64,000 nucleotides of DNA from Macrostomum hystrix (taxonomy: Eukaryota > Animalia > Platyhelminthes). Location of the stretch: positions 4,960,001-5,024,000 of the forward strand of contig CATNEN010000038.1 of assembly GCA_950097015.1 (NCBI GenBank), given 5' to 3'. Made by a program: the position numbers and the translations under genes. The first letter of the stretch is position 1. Every line of letters begins with the position of its first letter. Positions 1-11,750 of the stretch are shown here, one piece after another. The notes beneath the pieces were generated by a model that worked only from the letters and a program-made list of their open reading frames with translations, was not told where the DNA came from and did no database searches.

Positions 1-512
1 TGAAAGTTAATTGGGGTGAATGAAAGTGAATGACAGTGAATTGGGGTGAATGAGAGTGAATTGGGGTGAATGAATGATGATGAGAGTGAATGACAGTGAA
101 TTGGGGTGAATGAATGATGATGAGAGTGAATGACAGTGAATTGGGGTGAATGAGAGTGAATTGGGGTGAATGAATGATGATGAGAGTGAATGACAGTGAA
201 TTGGGGTGAATGAATGATGATGAGAGTGAATGACAGTGAATTGGGGTGAATGAGAGTGAATTGGGGTGAATGAATGATGATGAGAGTGAATGACAGTGAA
301 TTGGGGTGAATGAATGATGATGAGAGTGAATGACAGTGAATTGGGGTGAATGAGAGTGAATTGGGGTGAATGAATGATGATGAGAGTGAATGACAGTGAA
401 TTGGGGTGAATGAATGATGATGAGAGTGAATGACAGTGAATTGGGGTGAATGAATGATGATGAGAGTGAATGACAGTGAATTGGGGTGAATGAATGATGA
501 TGAGAGTGAATG
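1..512. repeat. Minisatellite built of 10-bp units (tgagagtgaa/tgacagtgaa/ttggggtgaa/tgaatgatga), intronic
   Basis: Four 10-mers alternate in 40/60-bp higher-order units. Lies in the intron after exon 6 of the minus-strand gene. Confidence 0.95.
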
Positions 513-574
513 AAAGAAATATACTGAGTGTGTCTGAAAGAGTGAATGAGAGTCATCCAGCTCTGGCCACTCAC

Positions 575-3125
575 GCCGGCAACAGACACGGTCGGGTGCT
601 CATAGTACTCGCCGTCGAAGTTGGCGGCCGTGGCGAAGCCGAAGCCGTCAAGTTTGCCGCTGTTGTACAGCACGAAGTAGGGCATGAAGTCATCGCAGTT
701 CATGTTCCTGCGCATGTTGTACCAATAGTGCTGGCCTGCAAGTCGAAACTCAAGCGTCAACTAACATTCTTCTGGAAGAGTCCTGATCCCTTGACCCAGA
801 AATTATCGACAAGGGTCATGATCCCTTGACCCAGAAATGATCAACAAGGGTCATTATCCCTTGACCCAGCAGTTATTAACAAGAGTCCTGATCCTTTGAC
901 CCAGTAATTATCAACAAGTGTTATGATTCCTTGACCCAAGAAAAAAAATAATAATTCCGTTCTCTTGACCCAGCATTCACTTCAAGTACTGTACTTCACA
1001 AAGAGTGCTCACCCATAAACACGAAGCACTTTCCCTTGGTCCAGGCGGTGCTGGGCATGTCGGCCTCGTTTGCCGGGATGCGCAGGCTGGCGACTCCGCT
1101 GTTGTTGGTGGCGCTGCCCTTCTGCAGGTACAGTCCGGTGCCGGTGCCCTGCTGGTTGAGCTGGGTGGCAGTCCGCCCGGTGGTGCACACAATGCCTGGG
1201 TGATTGCGATGGCGTCTCTCCATTAATGATGGCACACAATGTATATCAATAGAGAGAAGTGGCACATTCAACTAATCTCAACGTGTACGGCTGTTCAGTC
1301 CATGGACTGGTGGGGCGCCACGCCCAGTCCCAATTACCACGGCAGATCCTGGAACCCATTTACGGCCGGGTGAACAGGAGCAATGCAGAGTTATGCGTCT
1401 TGCATATGGACACAAATTTTTCCATTAGGGTCTAGAATCGAACCCCCGACCTTCTAGACATGAGTCCGACGCCAAGCTAAAACCCCCCTTTGTTGTACAG
1501 TTATAAATCCTATCCTTTTGAAAACGCAGATCTTTAATAAACTCTTCAAGAAATTTCAAGAAAGTGACTAACTAAAATCTGTTGTTTGGAAACTAACTTT
1601 AGCGATACGGAAATATAAATTATGAGCAAAGCGTCAATATTTACTTGAAATTGTGAGTAAATATTTATTGTGGATAGACTGCCTTCGCTGATACAGGCCT
1701 GCTTAAATAACATCAATTTTCTGACTGGCTCGATGAAAATAGTCGGCTGTTAACGTTTGTTTTTGGTTTCCACAGTATAGAAATAAATGTGTGCCAAGCC
1801 CCGATTTTCCGGACTAGTGTAGGCTGCCTGACTGTCGCAAATTGACACTCACCAGATAGGCCATTCTGATGCTATACTTAGAGACAATACAGAGTTCTAT
1901 ATTTAGAGCTCATTGGTCTGGTCTGTTATGACTAGTTCGTGTTTACTGTGTGGTCTGTGATAAGCAAAAACTGCGCACTCACTGGGGTTCACAAAGTAGG
2001 CGGTGAGCACGTGGGCTTTGGCCTCCTCAACCCACATGTCGTGGAACTTCTTGTGGGACGCGGTCGGGTAGCCGGTGGACTTCGGGACCTGTAGGGAGAC
2101 AGAGCATCAAACAATCAGAAAGGTGATGCAACTGTAGGGCTTGTTAAAAAATCCCAAGTTTTTCAACGCACCTGGGTCTGGATTCCAGCGATGATGCCGT
2201 TAACATCGTACAACAGCATGATGGAGCGATCGCCGTTGCGGTGAACGAACCTGCGACCAAGGAACTTGTTGGCGGCACCTGGAAGAGAATATCACCTTCA
2301 TTTTGTGGTTTATTGATGGCACGAGCCTGAAGTCAACAAGCCAGAACCCATGGTACAACACGCACCATCGCAGCTGGTCTCCTGCTGGAAGCCCTCCTTG
2401 GTGGCGTCGGCGACAGTCCTGGGCATCTGGATGAAGTTGGTCAGCGGATTCATGCCGAACCGGACACGCAGGTCGTCCCAGTCCTGCGCCACGGCTGCGG
2501 TGCGAATTTTACATACTCGGAAGCTATTATATTATTTGATAGTGGGACTACCAAGTCGGGTGTGTGGCAGAGCGGTTAATGCGTTTGACTCTCGCACCAA
2601 GAGCGAGGCAACATTTATTTGGGGCGCAGCCGCTTGGGGCTTGTCGTGCAATTTACGCCCTTGGGGGCCAACCTCCAAGGCACAGTAGAAGTGTTCACTG
2701 CCTGAGGATGAGAAAGTCAGGGCAGATGTACACACCTGTGTAAGCGTGTGCCTGCGGACGGTATCTGTGTGCGTGTGTGCTCAGGAGTCAGCGGAATGGG
2801 CAGAATTGCCTCCTCGCTGGCTGCGGATCTAGTGTCACCAAATAATGTGCTGAGATGATGCAGACAGACACATTTAGGCTTGGCTAAGATGTACTGAGGT
2901 GTATTGTTGCTTTGCTTACAGCGGTGTACTGAATGCACTATCGCTTATGGGAAAAGTAGACCTTCTGATAGAATTATTGAATGTCACGATCGACTGGATA
3001 GGTCTGGACTTGACTATTGTTTCAGAAGGTGCTTATACTGAAAAAGGTAGTCTAGTATTGAAAGCAGTCAACTCACCACAGCCGACTAGCAGAGAAGCGG
3101 CGAGGCAAAGGCCTATGAACTTCAT
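575..3125 (-). CDS. Multi-exon secreted protein of unknown function; 3' end beyond window start
   Basis: Exons 3077-3125, 2366-2494, 2172-2278, 1983-2088, 1013-1195 and 575-735, all GT-AG with matching phases. They translate MKFIGLCLAASLLVGCAVAQDWDDLRVRFG...LLYDVNGIIAGIQ...LTAYFVNPSIVCTTGR...WTKGKCFVFMGQHYWYN...PYFVLYNSGKLDGFGF...YEHPT, with an N-terminal signal peptide. Confidence 0.9.
783..975. repeat. ~35-bp intronic tandem repeat (gatcccttgacccagaaattatcgacaagggtcat), ~5 copies
   Basis: ttgaccca recurs at roughly 35-bp spacing. Confidence 0.85.
1288..1480 (-). mobile_element. tRNA-derived SINE family B (CORE-like central domain)
   Basis: Minus-strand head has B box ggttcgattc. Central aagacgcataactctgcattgctcctgttcacccggccgtaaatggg resembles the CORE domain. 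Homologous copies at ~18325-18560, ~21790-21984, ~27645-27758 and ~59215-59340. Confidence 0.65.
2560..2850 (+). mobile_element. tRNA-derived SINE family A
   Basis: A-box-like gtggcagagcgg head. Shared body ggcttgtcgtgcaatttacgccct...gagaaagtcagggcagatgtacac...gcctcctcgctggctgcgg. At least 8 dispersed copies in the window. Confidence 0.85.
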
Positions 3126-3864
3126 TGGTGAGGTTGAAATTTGTGGAAGAGTCAACAAAACGGAGTCACAAAAGCCAACCTAAAGCCGATAGCTCTCCAA
3201 AATATAGTTCGATCTCGCATTTTATCGGTTCTGAGAGACAGATGCTAAGTCACAATGTCACGTAACTGTGCGATTTCAACCGCTGCTTTTCATAGAACCC
3301 AAATCAATCTTCAGATTGAGTTCAATACGAGGGCCTATCGACGTAAAAACAATGATATCGTGCACTGTGGAGCTATCGTAACGTGACGAAATGGTTCAAT
3401 TCAACACGCTGACCGAGATAAGATTCTCGACCTGAGCATTACCGACCGACAGTCGGTACATTGCTTGAATTTCTCAGGGAGTCTTGCTTTGCTTGGAAAA
3501 TTATCTGGTTATTTTAGCACGCTCACTTGCAGTACGCTCGTACGTATAAAATACGTATTCATTGTATCGTAACCTTCACAGCGATCTGGGCACGCAGGTT
3601 AGGTCAAACGGAAACGTGACAAAATAGGTTTAAAAACATGTGCGTTGCTTACGGCTTTATTACTGGTACAAAATTTGAGAACTTTTTATTGAAAGTAAAT
3701 TTCAATTTCAATTAATTTTGAAAGTGAAAATGAATTTCTGTTCATTCCGCTGACTCCTGAGCACGCACACAGTTGCCGTACGCAATTGGCGTCACTCAAA
3801 CACAAACGTACCACTTTTGAGTGGTAGTATTATATATTGATTTTTCGTCTGTAAAATTAGCCCG

Positions 3865-5145
3865 ATTTTCGCACCCCTTGAATGTCTATGGCCAAAACTT
3901 AAGCTATATCTGTCTTGCTAAACTGCCCATAACTTTGGGCCATAGAATTTGGATCGCGCATCAATGATGTATTGCTACAAGCTCTGACTAAATAATTGTA
4001 TTCTGCCCGAGCGGTCACCAACAGATACATTTTGTGACAGCCTCTAATGTCTGTGGCCCAAATAAACGGGGTAACTAAAGATTTTATTGCATTGTATTTA
4101 ATAGGATAACTTTAATAAGATAGCTATAATAGTATATAATATGAATGTGAACAGGTTTGGTATTGCTAGCAAGTTTATCAATGCTTTCTAAATGTTGCAC
4201 AACTGTCAGTTTTAAGGAATGTTCCTTGACGTCACAGATGTCAGAAAACAGTTTCGTAACAGCTCCAGTACTCAGGGTACTGATGGCGGAACTCATCGCA
4301 TGCATGCTGGCTTGAATCGTACGGTCCAGGTCAGGATTCGACGACAGAGGGTCTTGCGGCAGGCAAGGTGATTGATGCGACTGCCTTGGTATTGTCATTG
4401 CATCCGATGGAGCTGATGACGCTTGACAAATTTGCCATTTCAGCATCGCGCTTCCGACCGTGCCGAAGGTAGCGCTCAGTGGCAGTCACGGACTTATGGC
4501 CAGTAATTGATCCAATGTCCTTGAGGGGTACACCATTTGCGTCGAGTTCAGTGACCACAGTAGCCCGGATTCTTGAAAAAGTTCGTCAATAGCCACAAGA
4601 GCCGCCTGATCCGTATCGTCCACATCGAGTATCATGGCGTCCATATCCTTTTCACGATCCATGCGATCCTTTATTTCGTATAAAGTAGAACCAGTCACAT
4701 CCCCTTGCGACATGTGAATCAACCCTAATGGGTATGGACAAGACATGCCTCTGCCAAAGGTTTTATACGATTATCACAGCTTAATCTATTCTCAGTGTGC
4801 CAGTTTTCTGTCACTTTCTTCCAACTAATCTGGACAAGAAAACTTCGCCCATAGACAGCCTTAGCGGTCATCAATCAAATTTCGAATTAGTGACCGCTGA
4901 AAGGCGTAGACTAAAACAAGCAAGCTAGCTGCATTTATTTGATTCGTTCGTTCTGATTGGTGACCGCTAACGTGATTATTTTTAGAAGCACGCTTTCGGA
5001 CATAATACAATGCCAAAGAATACTGGCTATTTGGGCATCAATGTCTGTGACCGAGGGCGCGCAGCTCCCGAGGTCATAGACATTGATGCCCGCATAGTCG
5101 GTCTTCTTTACATCATTGTTGCGCGCTTTAACTGTCTATGGCCGA
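3865..5145 (-). mobile_element. Non-autonomous Crypton-like YR element 1 (internally deleted recombinase)
   Basis: The ORF pieces PLGLIHMSQGDV... (4486-4746) and ...VVTELDANGVPLKDIGSITGHKSVTATERYLRHGRKRDAEMANLS (4331-4565) match the N- and C-termini of the YR at 10187-11545, with the middle deleted. Flanked by five CCATAGAC-N7-GCGNNCANCAAT sites. Confidence 0.8.
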
Positions 5146-5261
5146 GTAAGAGGCGCGAAAAGCGTATGCGTCAGAACAATGGTAAACTCATAGCCAGTCT
5201 CAACTTCATTGGCTGAGTTATTTATTTGGCCCGGTCAGAATAACAAACCCATGGCTAAAGA

Positions 5262-8200
5262 CCTTGACTTACTTGACTTAGCGGCAGGGAGCCTCCAAGA
5301 CGGACGCAGCGAGGAGGCGGCTGATGCCGCCCATATCGCTAACCCCTGGCAGCCAGACAGCCTCCAGCGAGGCGGTGCCGCTCAGGGTGGTCCGTCGGTC
5401 GATTCCGCCGCGCGATCTTCCTCGCCATAGGCTGGGAAGAAATGAGCTCGGCCGGTATCCCGGAGGAAGTGGGCGAGCTGTGGGATGTTCTCGGGCGAGC
5501 AGGCTTCGGCGAGAGTCGGTGCCGGCCCGAGATGTTTTAGCCTGGCCCGGGTGAAGGCCGGGCAGTGGCAGATGAAATGCTCTGCATTTTCGCGTCCGGA
5601 GCAGCAGAAGGGACACGTTTCCTCAGGCACGTGGCCTTGAAGGTAGCGGTGTCTGGTGAAGCAGCCATGTCCCGAAAGAGCCATAGTGACTGCTCTTAGG
5701 TCTCTGCGGTTAAGCCTGAGTAAGGCCTTACGCAGGTTACTAGAGGGGGTTGGCACCGCAGCCCTGGACTGGCGACAGTTCGGGGTGCTGGACCACCTCC
5801 TCCGGTGCTGGGTCTCCATCCAGCAGTTGATGCTGGAGTTGACAACTGAGATGGGGATCGGGGACTCCGGGCCCGGGCCCATCAGGGAGCTGGCTGCTCC
5901 AGCCTTAGCAAGCTGGTCCGCCATCTCATTCCCTGTGAACCCGGCATGCCCAGGGATCCACAGCAGCTCCACCTTGTTAGACTGCGCCAACCCGTTTAAC
6001 TGGGTGTTGCAGTCCAAGGTGGTTCTGGAGCGAGAGGTGCAGCGGCTGAGGGCCTTGAGGGCTGCTTGACTGTCGGAGTGAAAAAAGATCCTCCGACCAG
6101 CCAGCTGCCTCTGGCGCAGCTCAGCCGCACAGAAGCTGATGGCGAGCACTTCGTTTTGGAAAACGCTAGAGCTCTTGCCACAGTATTGGGAGTGGGTCCA
6201 GAGGACCTCACCACCCGAGGCGACGCACACTCCGAATCCCGATTTACCGTTCATCAGAGAGCCGTCAGTGTAACAGTGGACTGCCGGGTCATCCCAGCAG
6301 TCCTTAACCTCGTTACGAGGGGAGATGCTGACTTTGTACCTGTGGCTCCGGAGTAAAGTGGCCGGGGCCCCGTCCGAAAGGATGGTGAGCCCTCCGCACT
6401 CGCCCAGAGTTTTCAGGCAGAGGTCAGAGTGAGGCAGAAGGGAGCGCTTCGAGAAGGCTCGCGAATTCTGGAAGGAGACACCCGCATCAAGAAGACGACG
6501 GGTGGACTTTGCTGCTTCCCCCTTGACGAAAATGTCAATGGGTGTAGCGTTGAGGAAAGCATTCATGCCTTCGAAGGGAGTGGAGGGTGGGGCGCCCAGC
6601 GTCATACGACAGGCTCTGCCCTGCACCCTATAAAGCGCCTCCAGGTTTTTCTGGATGCCCATGGCGCTGGCCCAGATGAGGCCAGCGTAAGCGACGGACG
6701 GTCTAATGATCGCCGTGTAAATCCACCAAAGGTTCTTGGGGGTTAGCCCCCAGGTGGTGCCCACGGCACGCCTGACTTGCGCCAGTATGGCCAGGGCCCT
6801 CTTGGCCTTTGTGGTGATGTGTGGGGTCCAGTTAAGCCTATGGTCTAGCACGAGACCAAGGCACCGGACCTGCTTTTCCATGGCAATATTCTTGCCATAG
6901 AGAGTCAGAGGCTTAATGGTCCAGAGTAGTTTGCTGGTAAACATAACCGCAACGGTCTTGGACTCAGAGAGTCGGAGCCCGCATTGGTCCGCCCAGCGCA
7001 CCGCCCTGTTGATAAAGCCCTGGATGAGGTCTCTGGTGGTTTCCGCCGAGGGGCCCGCGCAGATGGCGGTCACATCGTCGGCATATCCCACCTTCAGGAC
7101 TGGGTCTGGACGAGTGCTTTTCAGCAGCTCATCCATGACGAGATTCCACAGCAGTGGGGTGAGGACGCCGCCTTGGGGCCCTCCTTTTAGGACAGGTGCC
7201 GAGAGCAGCCTTCCTTCGAGGTGGGCCACCACGTGGCGATGCCGGATCATGTACATGACCCAGCGAACGAGGTGGGGGTGAGTGGCCCTGGAGACCAGGG
7301 CCTCCTCAAAAGCTTCGAAAACAACGTTATCGAAGGCCCCCTCAATGTCTAGGAAGACAGCCAGGGCAAAACCGCTGCCCAGCACTGCCTTCTCGAGAGT
7401 CTCCACGATGCAGTGGAGGGCGCTCTCCGTGGACCGGCCCGCCCGAAAGGCGTGCTGGTTTGGGGAGAGCTGGGCCCGCCCTAGCTCTACAGTAAGAAGG
7501 CGCCAAAGCACCAGTCTTTCCATGAGCTTGAGGCAGGTGGAAGTCAAACTTATCGGGCGATAGGATTTGACCGAGCGATAGTCGCCTTTGGCGGGCTTCG
7601 GGATGAAGACGACCCGGGCTTCGTGCCACAGCGCTGGTACATAGCCCAGCACGATGCAGGCCCGTAGAAGTCTGCAGAGGAGATGGAGGAAGCGGCCATT
7701 TTTGACCGCTTCATGCAAAAAGGCGGGATAAATACCATCTGGCCCAGGTGCTTTGAAAGGGTTGAATGACTTTGCCGCGCGAACGATGCGGTCATTCGTG
7801 ACGAGTGACTGAGCCAGGCCCTGACCTCCACGTGAGTGGTCGTCTGGGCCAAAGTGCGCCGGTACACTCGGGAAGAAATGCCCTAGCATAAGCTCGAGCG
7901 TTTCCTCCGGGCGCTCCGTGATCGAGCCGTCTGGCTTTTTGATCGATGAGAGCTTGGAGAAGCGCCTTTACCACGCGGGCCGTGGGCCGCGAGCCCTCAA
8001 GCCCTTCGCAGTATTGCCGCCACTTGTCCGCTTTTGCCCTTCTGACCCGGCCCTTAAACTCATGGATGGCGCGAGTATAGGCCTCTTTGTCATCAGGGTC
8101 GTGCGAGATTTTCAGCCTCCTCTGGAGAGCCTTTGCTCGGCGTCTCAGGACTCCGAGCTCGGGGTTCCACCAGGGGGCCGATTTTTTGCCTTTGTAGGCT

Positions 8201-8620
8201 TTGAGCGGGCAAGCCATTTCGTAGGCCTCTGTGATGGCGCCGCCCAGCAGGGCAGCCACTCCATCTAGGTCCTGCGTGGTTGCCATGGCCATGGAGGGGT
8301 CGGAATCCCGAAGGCCCTCATGCAGCTTTTGGCTGAACACGGGCCAGTCGGTGTTTCTGACATTACGCCTCCAGACAGGCTTTTGCTTCTTATCGGGGGT
8401 ACCGATGTTGAAGCGAATGAAACGGTGGTCCGAGAGCGAGCTTTCGGTCTCCCACACCTCCCACCCCAGCACCCTTGGGAGGATGCCGGGTGAGGCCAGG
8501 GTGACGTCAAGCACCTCAGCCCACCGCCCATTGTCGAACGTGGGCGTGTTGCCCACATTGCAGAAGTTAAGAGGCGTGCCGCTAACGAAGGCCAGGAGCT
8601 CTTCGCCGCGGTCATTGATT
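5262..8620 (-). mobile_element. 5'-truncated non-LTR retrotransposon (LOA/R1, I-group LINE)
   Basis: APE C-terminus (PTF..DVT..SDH), RT ([32 protein letters not shown]), RNase H (YTDGS, HSDSQ, WIPGH..GNE.AD) and C-terminal CPFC..H..C. 3' tail TAAGTCAAGTAAGTCAAG. No TSD found. Confidence 0.9.
5382..8615 (-). pseudogene. LINE ORF2 (endonuclease part-RT-RNase H) with one frameshift near 7955
   Basis: ORF 7792-8793 (endonuclease/linker) continues in another frame as [29 protein letters not shown] into ORF 5382-7889. Confidence 0.85.
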
Positions 8621-8740
8621 TTTCCCCCGCTCAGAGAAAAAGGCCAAGTGTGGGAAAACCACGTGTTTCTCTGTATTCGCTTGTGCATCGTGCGTGCTAC
8701 CCTGGATCTTATGCGCACAGCGGGAAAGGAATAGTTCCTT

Positions 8741-8815
8741 TTAACTGTAGCTGCATGATCTAAAAATAGAAATGACATTAACTGTAGCTGCATGATCTAA
8801 AAATAGAAATGACAC
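8741..8815. repeat. ~37-bp direct tandem duplication (ttaactgtagctgcatgatctaaaaatagaaatgaca)
   Basis: Two adjacent near-identical copies. Confidence 0.85.
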
Positions 8816-9717
8816 ACTCGCGCATGTCAGCAGCCCTACAAAAACTACTTCAGGACCGATCTGTAGCTTGCCTAGCTTAGAGGACGCTTAATATACCTGT
8901 TAAATTTCAAGTCTCACACCTCGGCAGGATCACCTAAAGAGCATTACGCGATATCAACTGTGCTCAACTGTACTATAGGGCGCACCTCGCTGATGCAAGC
9001 TAACATTGAAGTATGCAACTCGTACTGGCCAAAGCCGCCACCGAAAACTTAGAGAGACGAAGCGCGCAACTTCGTGTCGATAGTGCCGTTCAGAGCAGCA
9101 GCCTCGACCAGCCACTACTGAAATGTAAGTTCATAATGGGCTCCTGTATTACTTTGATTGTTTGACCAATGACCAGTACCAGTAAGAGGGAAAAGGATAT
9201 TGAACTTGCGACCAACATACGAAAATTAAGGAAAAGCAGATAGTTAAAGTAGAAAGGTTAATAGAAATTGCCTCCGTATTGCTCGGCCACAGACATGGAC
9301 AACGAAAAATTTCATTCCCACAGCAAAATGACAAATAGACCATATCGAAGAAGCGAAATTTCAGTTTCAAAACTTTTTTCACAGATACATCGTTTGTGAT
9401 AAGGGGCGAGTGTCTGGCAGTAGAGCACCCGGAGTCCCTGAGCTCGAAATTGTCTGACTAATTGTGTAGGGATCTGTGGGTTGTGAGCTCAGGGTCAAGG
9501 ATAGAATGGCCTCCTTGCCAGTGGGTCGCAAAAAATCACCAGACTGTATTATGGATTTTAGCCCTAGTATCTGTTGTCCATTATACAGTCAGTTAGCAAC
9601 AGTTGAAAGGTTACACTATCACACAGGTGCATAAAATTGTTTAGATGTCGTTTTTACACGTATTATCAACTACACATAGTTGTTATGAATATATTCATAG
9701 TATATTCATAGTATATA

Positions 9718-9857
9718 CCGGGCGTAGCCACGGGGGTTATGTCCCCCCAGCCGGCTGATCCAGGCCAAAATTTATAAGAGGCCACCACTCCCTGCCCCCG
9801 GTTGCCCTGTGAGCTTGTGACTGTGACCCCCCAGAAAGAAAACCTGGCTACGCGACT
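9718..9857. mobile_element. MITE with GGCGTAGCCA...TGGCTACGC terminal inverted repeats
   Basis: Inverted ends; same terminal type as 16766-16910. Confidence 0.55.
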
Positions 9858-9902
9858 GGGTACTGTTATTAAACTATCTAACATGTGTTTTACCTTGTGC
9901 TA

Positions 9903-11750
9903 GCATTGTACACTTTTGGAGGGGTTTTTTCCCAGCCACCAATGAAGCCTGATTGTTGCACGCCTTTACTGTCTATGTCCCGAACCCCGCCAGCTCGGAT
10001 TATTTCGCCCACACTATGCGGGGTCTGAAGCCACAGTTATATTTCACCACCAATTGTAACACGAACTGGAAAACATTTAAACAGCAACGCTTTAGATACA
10101 CGATAATCTCACAGGTATAGTTACTTCGGGGTATAGTTACTTCGCACAGTTAGACACGTCGACTGACGGTGCCGTTCTTGGACATATTACGGCCGGCCGG
10201 AAACGTGCACGTGAAATTCGCAGTGGTTGAACGTTCCAGATATGGCGGACGCCAGCATCTGCAGATCCATCCCATGCCGCACCATGGCAGGTTGCTGCTG
10301 CTGCACTACAACTCGCGCACCAGATTCCACCGTCTCCGACGCTACACACCGGGACTCGGCCGTGTCCGCAGCAGGCGCTCCCATTGCACTAATCTTTGTT
10401 GACAGCTCCGCCATTTCGGCGTCCCGCTTCCTGTTGCCACGAATGTACCTCGCGGTAGCGGTATCCGACTTATGTCCGGTGACCGCACCTATGTCGTGAA
10501 GGGAAGCTCCAGACGCCTTCAGCTCGGTCGCGACAGTGACGCGTAGACACTGCCCGGTGTACTCCTTGCTCAGGTTGGCGGACTTGGATATAACGCGCAT
10601 CATATTTCCAAGTGTGTTAACCCCCACTACCTGCTTTGCGAAGTACCACGATCCGCTCAAACCGCGGACTCTGGGACGCAGGAACAGTTCGGAATTTGCC
10701 ACTCCCTCCTCGCGCTTCGACTCCTTGATCTTCCGCAAGTACAGCTCGACACACTGGTATGGGCATCCGATCAGGGAATCTGTAGTCAACTTTCTGAACC
10801 ATTCGCGACCCCGCAACCCGAAATGCACCGCAACTACATAGTACATCTCTTGCTGCAACTTCATCGGATCACTCCTATCGAAGTAGACGCGCAGCTTTTC
10901 GAGGTCCACCGTCTCCAAGGCGCAGAATCGCATCACGGAGCCACCTTCCTTGATGAACATTGCGGCCGTGGCCTTCAATTGCAGATTTGCCTTGGCGAAG
11001 TCTTTATCTTCGATAATATTGATTCCTCGGGTACGCATCAGATATCTGAACACACCTGCACGCGCGGTAATCAATGAGGCCGGGGCATAGTACCCGCCAT
11101 CTAGTTTGCGGATGAAGGCGTAGAAAATGCGCAGGGCGGTAACCATCTGTTGAACACCTGCAGTCTCCAGATTGCACGGGTAGTTCTTCATTTGCAGCAC
11201 CTCGTTAAATTTGCGCAAAGCCCAGTTCTCCTGCGTAAGAATGGACCGCGGCGTGTTGTCCAGCTGCATCGTGTCCATCTCGTCCAGCAGGGCTTGCTCG
11301 GGGTCTCGGTTGCCTAACAGATCCTCGAACTCCGTCGCGTCCAGCTGCGCCAGGTCGTCAAGCATAACTTGCATAGCGGTCTCCCGTTGGACTCGCTCGC
11401 CAACCTCGGAGTTAGACGCACCCACGACGTCACCTTGAGACATGTGCACCAGTCCTAATGGAACGCCGGTACTTGCTTCGTAAATCGGATCTCCAGTCAT
11501 CCTTGGAAACATGGTTCTAGGCAGCCCGGTAATGCCACGGCTCATCTCGCTGTCTTACAGCCTTCCCCAAACTGAGTTCTCTTGCTGCCCTAAGTCAGGC
11601 GGTCTACTTTTGGACCATAGACATTTCGGGCGTGCACCAATCGACAAAATAATCGATTGCTGCACGCCCCGCGAGACCGCTGGCTATATCCGCTCCGTGA
11701 GACTGATTGTTGCACGCACCAACTGTCTGTGGTCCAAAAGTATACAATGC
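9903..11750 (-). mobile_element. Crypton-like YR element 2 with 18-bp terminal inverted repeat, no TSD
   Basis: gcattgtacacttttgga (9903-9920) is inverse to tccaaaagtatacaatgc (11733-11750) with one mismatch. Both end regions are re-used in the inverted copy at 12965-13265. Confidence 0.75.
10187..11545 (-). CDS. Tyrosine recombinase, Crypton/DUF3504-like (452 aa)
   Basis: RKLDGGYYAPASL..RAG..RY core-binding region, FGLRGRE (catalytic R), VGVNTLG.MM..IS, GQCLR (HxxR box with H>Q), TGHKS (H) and ARY (Y nucleophile). Intronless, with an ATG start. Confidence 0.85.
   Translation of the reverse strand: MSRGITGLPRTMFPRMTGDPIYEASTGVPLGLVHMSQGDVVGASNSEVGERVQRETAMQVMLDDLAQLDATEFEDLLGNRDPEQALLDEMDTMQLDNTPRSILTQENWALRKFNEVLQMKNYPCNLETAGVQQMVTALRIFYAFIRKLDGGYYAPASLITARAGVFRYLMRTRGINIIEDKDFAKANLQLKATAAMFIKEGGSVMRFCALETVDLEKLRVYFDRSDPMKLQQEMYYVVAVHFGLRGREWFRKLTTDSLIGCPYQCVELYLRKIKESKREEGVANSELFLRPRVRGLSGSWYFAKQVVGVNTLGNMMRVISKSANLSKEYTGQCLRVTVATELKASGASLHDIGAVTGHKSDTATARYIRGNRKRDAEMAELSTKISAMGAPAADTAESRCVASETVESGARVVVQQQQPAMVRHGMDLQMLASAISGTFNHCEFHVHVSGRP

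Noticed and set aside
1-512. Telomeric TTGGGG repeats
   Set aside because: TTGGGG is only part of a 10-bp subunit in an intronic minisatellite.
2805-2830. HDV-like ribozyme in SINE A (gcctcctcgctggc equals HDV P3/L3)
   Set aside because: No GG for P1.1 after the putative P1' and no convincing P2'. The sequence is better explained by the stem-loop shared with the LINE 3' UTR.
5656-8734. Plus-strand ORFs overlapping the LINE (and those antisense to the YR and transposase)
   Set aside because: Antisense shadows of GC-rich coding sequence.
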